64,000 bases of DNA from positions 108,314,001 through 108,378,000 of the forward strand of contig NC_043002.1 in NCBI RefSeq assembly GCF_006345805.1. Direction: 5' to 3'. Below, one piece after another: positions 53,586 through 64,000 of the stretch. The notes under the pieces were generated by a model. That model made no database searches. It was given only the letters and a program-made list of their open reading frames with translations, and was not told the DNA's origin. The DNA comes from Octopus sinensis (taxonomy: Eukaryota). The first letter of the stretch is position 1, and each line of letters opens with the position of its first letter. Both the position numbers and the translations under genes were made by a program.

Positions 53586-54629
53586 TACATATATATATAT
53601 ATATATACAGTGGGATTCTTTCAGTTTCCATGTACTAAATCCACTCACAAGGCTTTGGTCAGATCATGACTATAAAAGAAGATACTTTTAAAGAAAGCAA
53701 AAATGGAATGGTCATGGCTGGAATGCTTTTGATCATAAGTCTTTTGAATCAGGAATCAGTTGGAGCGAAACAACCAGATAAGCAGAAGACACCTATAATT
53801 GATCAGACTCATGATTAAAAGTATTCCAACCATGACTATCTTGTCTGCTTAAGAGAATTCAGGACTTGGTGTCCATTGTGTCTCCTCCAAGATGTGATTT
53901 GAAGGATTTTTTTCCAGATGCCATTTTCAGCAGATCAGGTAACACCAAAGAGGTTCTCTTGTGGGCTCAACTTGGACTTATGCAGCAACAGCAGCAGTAG
54001 TTGTCTGGTGATTTCTGATCAAAACTGCAGTTGTGACTTTTTTCGCTGACCCTTTTCTCATGCACATTATATAAGGACCACATAGTCCAATGTATCCTCC
54101 CTTTCATCAAGCAATAGATGAGCAATGACTCTGAAACTAGTCTCTGGATGCTGGCTTTGCTGGGTGGAGGTGCTTATCTCCCCTTTGAAAACATAAGGAC
54201 ACAGGAAATGTGTCAAGGCCAACAGGAAATGGTATTTCCTAGGGCTAAATAGCAGTAGCATTCTTCCCTTTTATGGGACTGTCACATTAAGTTGACAACA
54301 TTCCATCACTTTAATAGAATACTATTTGTTGAAAATTTGACTGCTATTTCTGTCAATTGCAAAGAGGCTTCTTTGGACTATATATTTCAGGTGAAATTTC
54401 AGAAGAAGTAAGCCTGGACATTGACTAAGTTGAGACCTGGTCAAAGACGAAAGATTTATGAAGTGAAATCTGAAGAAAGGGAATAGAAGATTGGAAATCA
54501 TGAAGACTTTTGTTTTGATTTTTTAATTGCTGGCTCTGAAGAAAAAGGCAGTGCCCAGGCCCTAATAGCTCAACTCAAACCCCAGACCCAGTGAAATTGG
54601 TGCCGTAAATGTTTGTCATGAATCTTTGT

Positions 54630-54750
54630 AAATCAACCCCTGAGTAGGGAGGGAATTCCAAAGAGATGCAATTCTGGTAAGGAAGGACTGGCTATGGTGA
54701 TTAGTGTAGGGCTTGAAGTTGGAGAGATGAGTGGGTTGGGAATGCAGATT
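54630..54750 (-). pseudogene. CR1/L2/Jockey-type LINE C-terminal remnant
   Basis: TNHHSQSFLTRIASLWNSLP motif. Confidence 0.5.
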
Positions 54751-56017
54751 GGAAGTGGCAAGAGGAGCAGGGGTCATTACAGTAGCAGAGGAGGCAGCAT
54801 GGTTGTGGGTCAGGGACTGGGGCTTCCCTGTAAGGGACTTTCTATTGGTTTCACATTTTGGCACAAGGCCAGCAATTTCTGGGAGGGGGTAAGTTAATTA
54901 CATCACTCTAGTGCTCAGCTGGTTCTTATTTTATTGACCCCAAAGGGATGAAGGGCAAAGTCAACCTCAGTGGAACTTGAACTCAGAGAGTAAAGACAGA
55001 CAAAATGCCGGCGTGCTAATGATTCTGCCAGCTTGCCACCCTGTAAGTGACTTTATATTAATCATTGAAAAGTGTCCCTTGTCTGGTTTAAGGTGCCTGT
55101 GTATAGGCAGCTACAGCAGCCGTGTGTCAGATGTGAGGGTAATACTCCATTGACGGAGGGCTGCATTTGAGGTTTAGCAATCTCAGTGTTAAATGCTGAG
55201 AGTAGCTTGATCAAGAAGACACTCAAAGGATCACACAGAGAAAGAAATTCTGAGCAACAACAGCTGAAATATTCAACTTCGAACAAATAAGCTCTATATG
55301 TATTGAGGACTCATCTCCCATTTGTTCATTCACACACAATCACAAACACAATGCATATACACATCATTGTTGTTTGAACATTTGATTTTCCATAATCACA
55401 CGGGTCAGATGGAATTTTTTGAGACGGATTTTTCTAAGGCCCTTCCCATCACCAGCCCTGGCCTGTTTTCTAGTAAGGTAATATTTCCATATAGCTAGAC
55501 ATGTTTGCACAGAAAATTAGAAATGAGGGACATAGCTTGTACAATGGTGACACTTGTTTACGATTATTACACAAGGAGACTGAAACACACACACATACAC
55601 ATTTATATATACAATGGGCTTCTTTCAGTTTCTGTTCGCTAAACCCACTCACAAGGCTTTCCTCAGCTTAAGGCAATGGTAGAAGACATCTGCCCAAGGT
55701 GTCACACAATGGGACTGAACCCCAAAAGCATGTGGTTAAGAAACAAACTTTTTACCACATAGCAACACTGTATATATATTTTTTCTGCACTAAGTGCTTA
55801 CAGTGTGTGTGTGTGTACACACACTCACACACATAAATTATATATATGTGTATATATATATATCATCATCATCATCATCATCGTTTAACGTCCGTTCTCC
55901 ATGCTAGCATGGGTTGGATGGTTCGACCGGGGATCTGGGAAGCCAGAAGGCTGCACCAGGCTCCGGTCTTATCTGGCAATGTTTCTACAGCTGGATGCCC
56001 TTCCTAACGCCAACCAC

Positions 56018-56050
<33 letters not shown>

Positions 56051-56116
56051 ATATTTCGGAATGGTCATATTGCCAGTTTAGCCAATAAAAATTCTTGCAC
56101 AACAAATATTTAAAAG

Positions 56117-56143
<27 letters not shown>

Positions 56144-56147
<4 letters not shown>

Positions 56148-56358
56148 TTTCCGCAATAAGATAAAAAACCCAAGGCTGTGTAGATTTTAGAACATTTATA
56201 AATAGAAGGTCTTACAGCTGTTTCTAGGATATTTATTATATCCCTTATATACCTGAAGTGATATAATAAATATCCTAGAAACAGCTGTAAGACCTTCTAT
56301 TTATAAATGTTCTAAAATCTACACACCCTTGGTTTTTTTATCTTATTACGAAAAAAAA
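56144..56358. repeat. ~99-bp-arm inverted repeat, PLE-like terminal unit in (TA)n with hammerhead 3' half
   Basis: Arms 56144-56242 and 56260-56358; GAAA-CAGCTG-TA motif in each arm. Confidence 0.8.
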
Positions 56359-56801
56359 CTTTTTATATGCACATGCTGATATATGACCTACGTTGGACCC
56401 CTTATTCGCATAATCACTGAACCTGGAACTTAACTATGGTCTATCCATAGCACTTATTCAGCATTACCTGACACCTTTGGGTCTCACTGACACCATTACC
56501 GTTCATAACCTGTATATATATATATATATATTGAATGTATGCATGTATATATAAAAGTTTTGTAAAAATTACTTGATACAGTTATAATAATTAGAAAAAG
56601 ATTTTTTTTAAAAACTTATTAATTATTTTAAAAGAATTTCTTTTATTCAACAGAATGTCACTAACCTTTAACCTCTGTGGATGAAGTTCATATATATAGT
56701 GTGTGTGTGTATATATATATAGTGCATATTACATCTAGTGTGTATTTTGTGTGTAAGTACTTTCATTTTTCATACACACATTTCAGGCTAGTTTGGTTTA
56801 A

Positions 56802-57021
56802 CCCTTTAGCATTCAGATTATTCTGTCAAATGTAAAGCTTATATATTCACACTATGTAAAATTAATCTTGCATCATTTCATGGCTTTGAGATTTCAATGA
56901 TGTGATTGTTTATTTTTAAAATGACACAATAAGGTAGCTATGAATGACCATATCTGACTAGTTTGAACATAAAAGAGGTAGAATATATTGGCCGGATATG
57001 GCCGGTTTAAACACTAAAGGG
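56802..57021. mobile_element. piggyBac-type MITE (220 bp)
   Basis: TTAA on both sides (56798-56801, 57022-57025); TIRs CCCTTTAG. Confidence 0.85.
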
Positions 57022-57025
57022 TTAA

Positions 57026-57325
57026 AATTCTTGTAAAATACTTTTATTTTGTCTTTTATAGTCGATCATTTTCGTCTTCCATTTTATGAAAGGGGAATAT
57101 TTTAAATTTTCCATTTGCACAAATATCTAGATGTTTACCACATGGGACATTTCTAACGGATGAATCTGTAATTTGCTGTTTATGCATGTTTACACGACTG
57201 ATTAGTTTTATTCCTGTTTCTCCAATGTATTTCTCTTTGCATTGTGGACATGTGATGCAGTAGATGAGATTTTGTTTCTTTTTGCACTTCATGTTTACAT
57301 TCACTTTCAATTCCTTCTCCATTCC
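57026..57325 (-). pseudogene. Penelope-like GIY-YIG endonuclease fragment
   Basis: NLIYCITCPQCKEKYIGET..RVNMH. Confidence 0.85.
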
Positions 57326-57334
57326 TGAATCTTA

Positions 57335-58430
57335 TAATAATCTACTTTTGGTCATCATTTCCAAATGTATTAAACAGGGAACTGGAAAAGATTCTTGGAT
57401 GACTGCTTCATATTTTGGAACAAAAGTAAGGAGGACCTTACAAAATTCCATAAATTAATAAACAGCATTCATGAATTGATCCAGTTCACAATGGAAATGA
57501 ATGAAAAGGAACTCCTTTTTTTGGATATTCTAATAATTGAAGAAAATCAGACAGTTACAAGTGATCTCTACTACAAGGATATAGGCACAAACCAATATTT
57601 AGGTTTTAGATCTTGCCACCTTCCTATGCAAAAGGAACAACACAGTTGAGTATGGCAAGATGTTTATGCTCAATAGTTGCAGACACAAATAGACAAGAGA
57701 AACGACCAGTTGAACTATTGGGTTTTCCGGAAAGTTTGTGCCGATTTTTAAAGGAAAGGAAAAGGTCAATAAATACTTGCCATTACATTTTTAATCAACC
57801 AAATATGAACAATTTTGTTGCACAATGCATCTCCATCTTTCCTTTAACTTGAAAATACCCTCTTCCCAGAATTGAGGTGGTTGCATGGCAAAGAATTCCT
57901 CAAGGTGTCTTTTTACATCATCCAAGGAATTGAAATTTTTACCATTAAGACTATTCTGCAGAGATCTGAATATGTGGAAATCCGAAGGAGCAATATCTGG
58001 TGAATATGGAGGGTGGGGTAACACATCCCAGCCGAGCTGCAGCAATTTTTGTCTGGTTCCCAAAGCATTAAGTGTCGAAAATAGACTTTCTTATCCTCCA
58101 TTTTAAAGGGTTACAGAATTAACACAGGTTATAGGAACATAAACCTTCTTCCACGAAAAGATAGCTTAAACTGTGCTTGTCAAACCCTATTTTATGGACT
58201 CAACCATGTTCTAAGATAAGTCGAAAGGGAAGCTACTATAAATCAGCACAAACTTTCCAGACAACCCAATAACTATGTGCCTTCAAAAACAGAAATTCCT
58301 CCAAAAAGTTAACAAATCATGCCATAATTAAAAGAAATACTCATGCTAAGTGTGAAAATGAAAATACAAATATATTTATTCCATTTGTTGTCATCCATAA
58401 TCCTAGGAAACACAACATCCTATATTCAAC
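57335..58430 (+). pseudogene. Penelope-like reverse transcriptase C-terminal part and linker, interrupted by a mariner
   Basis: WKRFLDDCFIFW, IQFTME, FLDILI, YYK...QYL.F.SCH; resumes after the mariner with ..IPFVVIHNP. Confidence 0.85.
57718..58269 (-). mobile_element. Internally deleted mariner element (552 bp)
   Basis: ~30-bp TIRs TTGGGTTKTCYGGAAAGTTTGTGCYGATTT; TA TSD; N-terminal MEDKKVYFRHLML fused to C-terminal HPPYSPDIAPSDFHIFRSL. Confidence 0.92.
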
Positions 58431-58722
58431 CAAACTGGAGGAGGAGGAGTAGATAATAGTTACAGGAGGAGTTATACAAATGAGAAATTTTATTTGACTG
58501 TATTTTAAGGTGATAAATATTTTTCTTTGGAAAAAATTAATTCCATCATTTTGTACAAGTATGAAGAAATTTAACAAAAATTAAATTATAATTATTGCAT
58601 GTATGTTATATTTCCAATATTACTTATGGTGGTGAAAGTATTATCCTCCCAAAGTTACTCATCATGTGACTAGTAACAGTAATAAAAGAATAATGTTGCA
58701 AGAGTTCTGCCATCTTTTAAAG

Positions 58723-58960
58723 CAGGGTTTCTCTTAAGGGTCCACATAAAATTTTGCTGCTAAAATTTATGTACAATAAACTGGTTAAACTTCTGCAATA
58801 AAACGAAATATCTTAACTTCTTAAACATTTCCTAATAATATTTAATTACAAAATTATAATAGAATATTTTTTCAAAAAGTCAAATGGCTATGGGGGCCCA
58901 GTAGAGGGAAGTAGGGATAAAAGGGCGTCCATAGGCAAAAAAAATAGTTGAGAAACCCTG
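58723..58960. mobile_element. hAT (Charlie-like) MITE
   Basis: 11-bp TIRs CAGGGTTTCTC/GAGAAACCCTG; TSD degenerate. Confidence 0.65.
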
Positions 58961-59822
58961 AGCTGAAGTGATGCAGATAGTTAAAGAAAAATGATGCTCT
59001 AAAAGATACCTGAAGGAGACAAAAGACAAAATAATATTTTTGCAACAATAAAGAATTTCAATCAAAGAAGTATTGAGACTTTGTTTTTGCTTTACTTACC
59101 TCCTTCATCAACTTTTTAGCAACTTTTCAGCTCAGTCACATGATAATATAACCTTTAATCTCTTTCCCCCAAGACAGGAGGTCAGTAATCCAAAATTTCC
59201 AGAGAAGAGTCTTATAAGAAAAGAAGATTCAATTTGGTTTTGCAAAGTTAAAGAATATGTCCTTAAAAATGAACAACTGCTATGAAACCAGCGAGGAATA
59301 TTCTACAGACTTTATGGAGCAGGTCGATGGATGAGGATGGTGATGACAATCGTAACCGTGAGGATGATGAGAAGAGAGTGCTTTCTGGTGAGAAAAACTA
59401 TAAAACTTGCTGCTTTTTTTTTTTTACACCACAAAAAAGTATCAGAGAGAAAATGGCAGCAATGCGTGGTTTGTTCTAGGGACTTGATGGACACTAGCTA
59501 AGTAACTTGATCACACAGAAGCCAACACATCGTGGAGCCAGTGAAGTAAGCAGGCTTTGTCCACCAAATGAAAACACCATTCAGTCAGTGTATTTCTGAT
59601 AAAAAGTAAATAAATGTCTAAAAAGATAACAAAAATTCTAGAGAAAGCCAAAGAATACAGAAACCATCTTTATTTCTGAGCAACGTTTTTTTTTTTTTTA
59701 ATTTTCTCACAACACAAAGTGGCTTGTTTGAAGCAGAAATGAACTGCAAGTAAATTTCATAGTTATGTGAATTCCTGCTTTGCCCCTTCCGAATAAGCCC
59801 TTCTTAACCAGTTTCATAGCCT

Positions 59823-59854
<32 letters not shown>

Positions 59855-60342
59855 TACCGTTAACATAGAATCAAATAACATCCTAGTTAACCACTCACTG
59901 AATAGAGATGAATTTCTTTCAGTTTCACTGATGCAGTCATCGGCCTGTCAACAGACGAGGTGTCGACATGAGAAATAGAAACACAAAACATACATCTTTG
60001 CACACACACACACAGATATAAATTTATACATGCACTCACACACACACAGGTATAAATATACACATACACTCGCATGATGATATATATATATATATAGTGT
60101 GTGTGTGTGTGTGTGTGTGTCATATATATGAGAGTGAGAGAAACACACATTCATACAAGTGCATACATATATATCGTGATCATTTAACATCCACTTTTCC
60201 ATGCTTGCATACACACACATACACGTATATCATTTTCTATACACACACACACACACACACATGTATATCATTTTCTATACACACACACACACACACACAC
60301 ACACGTATATCATTTTCTATACACACACACACACGTATATTA

Positions 60343-60381
<39 letters not shown>

Positions 60382-61214
60382 CCCACACACACACAGATAT
60401 CGCAAGCTATAAATCTGTTAGGTCAGAATTAACTCCCAATGACTGTAAACAGTCCATTATTCAAACATTATATATACTTTATTATATACATTATATATTT
60501 TACTATGTATTGTGTCCTTTACCAAACATTTATGGTTTTTCCCTCCTATCACCTTCAATGTTTTCTAACCAGAAAACACACACATACACACAATGTGCTT
60601 ATCTACAAACAAACATAAATAAAACTAAACAAAATTTCAAGAACGAAGGCTGTTTTACAAAATCTGGAGAAAAAAAATTTGGAGATAAAGATTAAAAAAT
60701 ATCAAAACAAAAACAAGTCTTGAAATTTTCATTTGACAAGGAGTGATGTTAGATTATCGTAATTCTAGGATTTCTGAAGAATTCATTCCTGTAGAACAAG
60801 CGAGGACTGCAGCAGAGTTCATAGATTCTGTTATTTTAAAAGGATGTTTAACTTTGAAATATTTTGTCATTTTCTATTATCTTTTATTTTTCTAAATTTT
60901 TTTTTTTTGTGTGTGTTAGGTGAGAGGGTGGAAGCTGGATAAGTAGCGTTGTTCTTGTTACTATTATTGTTGTTGTTAAACTCCAGATCAACATCTTGAA
61001 ATCAACATATAGGATGACGGCTTTCCTATTGTGTGCTTTGACCTCTTCAATTAACTTTCACAGACTTAACTTAGCGGTTTGGCAAAAGAGACAGATAGAA
61101 TAAGTACTAGGCTTACAAATAATAAGTCCTGGGGTCGATTTACTCGACTAAAGGCGGTGCTCCAGCATGGCCACAGTCAAATGACTGAAACAAGTTAAAG
61201 AGTAAAAGAGAGTC

Positions 61215-61445
61215 AGGATGTGGATCTACCAGTTTGGAATCCATTCTTGTCTTCAATGTTTACCAATCCTTGGCTGTAGTCAAGGAAGGACCATTTTGTT
61301 GAAGAGTTTGGCTACTATTAGAGATAATGCAATGTCTTCATAGTTCTTAATATTGCTGAGATCCCCTGGTTTGGGAATAGGGTGCAGGTCCAATTCTGAT
61401 TATTGTTTTGCCTTCAAAACTTCAGGTGCAACATTATCTGGTCTT
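61215..61445 (-). pseudogene. RTE-like LINE RT fragment
   Basis: PIPKPGDLSNIKNYEDIALSLIVAKLFNKMVL resembles the PK.GD....NYR.I.L RT motif. Confidence 0.75.
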
Positions 61446-61502
61446 CTGGCAGTCAATTGAAGGAAGAAGCAACAGGGGAAGAAAATGTCTAACCTATTCT
61501 TT

Positions 61503-61889
61503 CTTTTATTCTTTTATTCGTTTCAGTCATTTGACTGTGGCCATGCCGGAGCACTGCCTTTAGTCGAACAAATCAACCCCAAGACTTATTCTTTATAAGC
61601 CAGGTACTTATTCTATCGATCTCTTTTGCGGAACCGCTAGGTTACGGGGATGTAAACACACCAGCATCGGTTGTCAAGCAATGTTGGGGGGACAAACACA
61701 CACACACATATATATATATATATGTATAAATATGAAGGGCTTCTTTCAGTTTCTGTCTACAAAATCCACTCACAAAGCTTTGGTCAGCCCGAGGTTATAG
61801 TAGAAGACACTTGCCCATGGTGCCACACAGTGGAACTGAACCCGGCAGCATGTGGTTGGGAAGCAAGCTACTTACCACACAGCCACTCC
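61503..61889 (-). mobile_element. SINE family A
   Basis: Reverse complement of consensus. Confidence 0.8.
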
Positions 61890-61974
61890 TTTGTTTCAGG
61901 ACAATGGAATGGCAAATGTTAATGAATTAAGAACATGCATGGGAGATCACGATGGATGGTATGCTTGTATGACA

Positions 61975-62192
61975 AGGCGATGAGCTGGCTGAACTGTTAG
62001 CACGCCGGGCGAAATGCGTAGCCGTAACGTTCTGAGTTCAAATTCCACCGAGGTCGACTTTGCCTTTCATCCTTTCGGGGTCGATTAAATAAGTACCAGT
62101 TACGCACTGGGGTCGATGTAATCGACTTAATACCTATGTCTGTCCTTGTTTGTCTCCTCTATGTTTAGCCCCTTGTGGGTAATAAAGAAATA
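61975..62192 (+). mobile_element. SINE family B
   Basis: Consensus match. Confidence 0.8.
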
Positions 62193-62926
62193 GGTATGCT
62201 TGCATGAAATCATTGAAGCATTCAGGAAGATGGCCAAGCTAAGCTATCTGTAAGATCAACATTGACCATGATGGTCACAAGTGCAATAAAAAAGAAGACT
62301 CTTAAATTAGAGATACACCTGAGATAACAACAAATCAACAGGGAAACCTCTATTGGGTAGATACACCTGATAGAAATAGCAGTCAAATTTCCCTTAAATC
62401 ACAAGCTGCTGTCTTAAGAAGACATAGGCTAATGTACTTTGAGAAACCATGCCTGGAGAAAAAATGACAGGGTGGTCATGAGTGGGTCTTTAATGAAATG
62501 TTTGCTGAATCAAGACTGAACAACAACAGTAGTGTTTTGAAGATAATCAAGGGGCTGGAAAAGAAACTATTTGGGAAGAGATGAGCAAATAAGACGAATG
62601 ATCACTGCTTGAATATCTTTCATCATAGTTCTGGTTAATTAAGTTATTGTTTAGCACGGAGCTAAACAATAACTGTAACTATTTAAAGTTGTTTATCTTT
62701 ACTAAAAGATTCTTTCAGGAGAATAGGTTATCTCTCATGACTGGAAGCTTCTAAATTAGATGTCAAATATACTTCGAATTCCTTCCTGGAATGCCTCAGT
62801 TACTTTTAGAAGACTCTTACCACCACCATTGAAGTCTGCTTTTGATTCCATTCCCAAAGTTATTTCCCTTGCTTTTTTTGACCAGAATTTTGCTGCATTC
62901 TGTTTTTAATATATAACTCCTAGGAA

Positions 62927-63335
62927 AGTGGTGAGTTGGCAGAAACATTAGCATGGCAAGTGAAATTCTTAGTTCAAATTCTGCCGAGGTCGACTTTGCC
63001 TTTCATCCTTTTGGGGTTGATAGATTAAGTACCAGTTGCCTACTGGGGTCGATATAATTGACTGGCCCCCTTCCCAAAAATGTTGGGCCTTATGCTTAGA
63101 ATAGAAAAGATTATCTAAAAGGCAGCAAGCTGGCAGAAATGTTAGCATGCCGGGTGAAATGCTTCGCAGTTTTTTATCTGTCTTTACATTCTGAGTTCAA
63201 ATTCCGTCGAGGTCAACTTTGCCTTTCATCCTTTCAGAGTCGATAAATTAAGTACCAGTTGCATACTGGTATCGATCTAATCGACTGGCCCCCTTCCCCA
63301 AAAAATTTTAGGCCTTGTGCCTAGAGTAGAAAACT
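62927..63335 (+). mobile_element. Two tandem SINE family B copies
   Basis: Consensus match with GGCCTTGTGCCTAGAGTAGAAAA tail. Confidence 0.8.
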
Positions 63336-64000
63336 ATATATAACTCCTAAGATTATCTCCCTTGTCCTTTTGACCAGAATTTAGCTGAGTTTGTTTTCCT
63401 TCTTACTAGAAGTGTAATTTACATTTCCCTGGTTCACTGCATTAAATATTTAAGTTGCAAATATTACAGTTAAGTGAATGCTAAAAACAAAAACTGACTC
63501 GTTGACACACTTTTTAATGCTGTCTTCTCATTTACTGCCATAAAAATTCTCTAAATGTTACAAAGCAGACAAAGAAATATGCCACCACAAATAATTGGAC
63601 CAGCAGATAATTTCCTTTAATGGACTACACTGAATAAGTTCATCTTAAACATTTATCATCTTCAGATATTTAATGTCTTCAAATGTCTGCTGAATTTTTG
63701 TTAAAGTCTCCTCACAATTTATATTTTTCCATTTATTTATCATTTAAATATAACAACCAGTCAGCTGTGAGCAGTCAGGTGTGAAGAGCCAAATATAATC
63801 AACCAAGCATGACCAGTGACTGAAGCAGATTCCTAATTCCCTGATCTATTCCAGGCAACAGCAAAAATGTTATATAAACTAGATATTTCTAGCATAACAT
63901 GCTTGTTTAGGTATTTTTGTTTTTGCCTTTTTTGTATCATTATAATAAGCACAAAAAATAGTGGTGGAAGAGCTTAAGCCTTCGTCTAAATAGAACAAAG

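Noticed and set aside
59282-59479. Acidic plus-strand ORF (MKPARN...DEDGDDNRNREDDE)
   Set aside because: Short, driven by GAT-rich low complexity, with no recognisable domain or splice support.

Overview
AT-rich, repeat-dominated eukaryotic DNA. The SINE/LINE repertoire points to an octopus (coleoid cephalopod) intronic or intergenic region; this is inference. I can support no intact protein-coding gene. Almost all ORFs in the track are translations of microsatellites or SINEs, many with alternative starts that do not apply to a nuclear genome. Recognisable DNA transposons: a near full-length but disabled DD37D (maT-like) Tc1/mariner element, deleted mariner/Tc1 derivatives, piggyBac- and hAT-type MITEs, and two non-autonomous Helitrons. 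Recognisable retroelements: Dong/R4-type LINE 3' fragments in (TAA)n, RTE and CR1 LINE remnants, Penelope-like (RT/GIY-YIG) remnants, and dozens of tRNA-type SINEs. There are also two local tandem duplications and several long foldbacks. Most notable: (i) short non-coding units embedded in (TA)n that carry minimal hammerhead-ribozyme motifs, two with an intact catalytic core; (ii) a ~556-bp non-coding, 5'-truncating retroelement found only in (TAA)n; (iii) head/body/tail module shuffling among the SINEs. Repeat coordinates are read by eye and are approximate except where TIRs or TSDs are cited.
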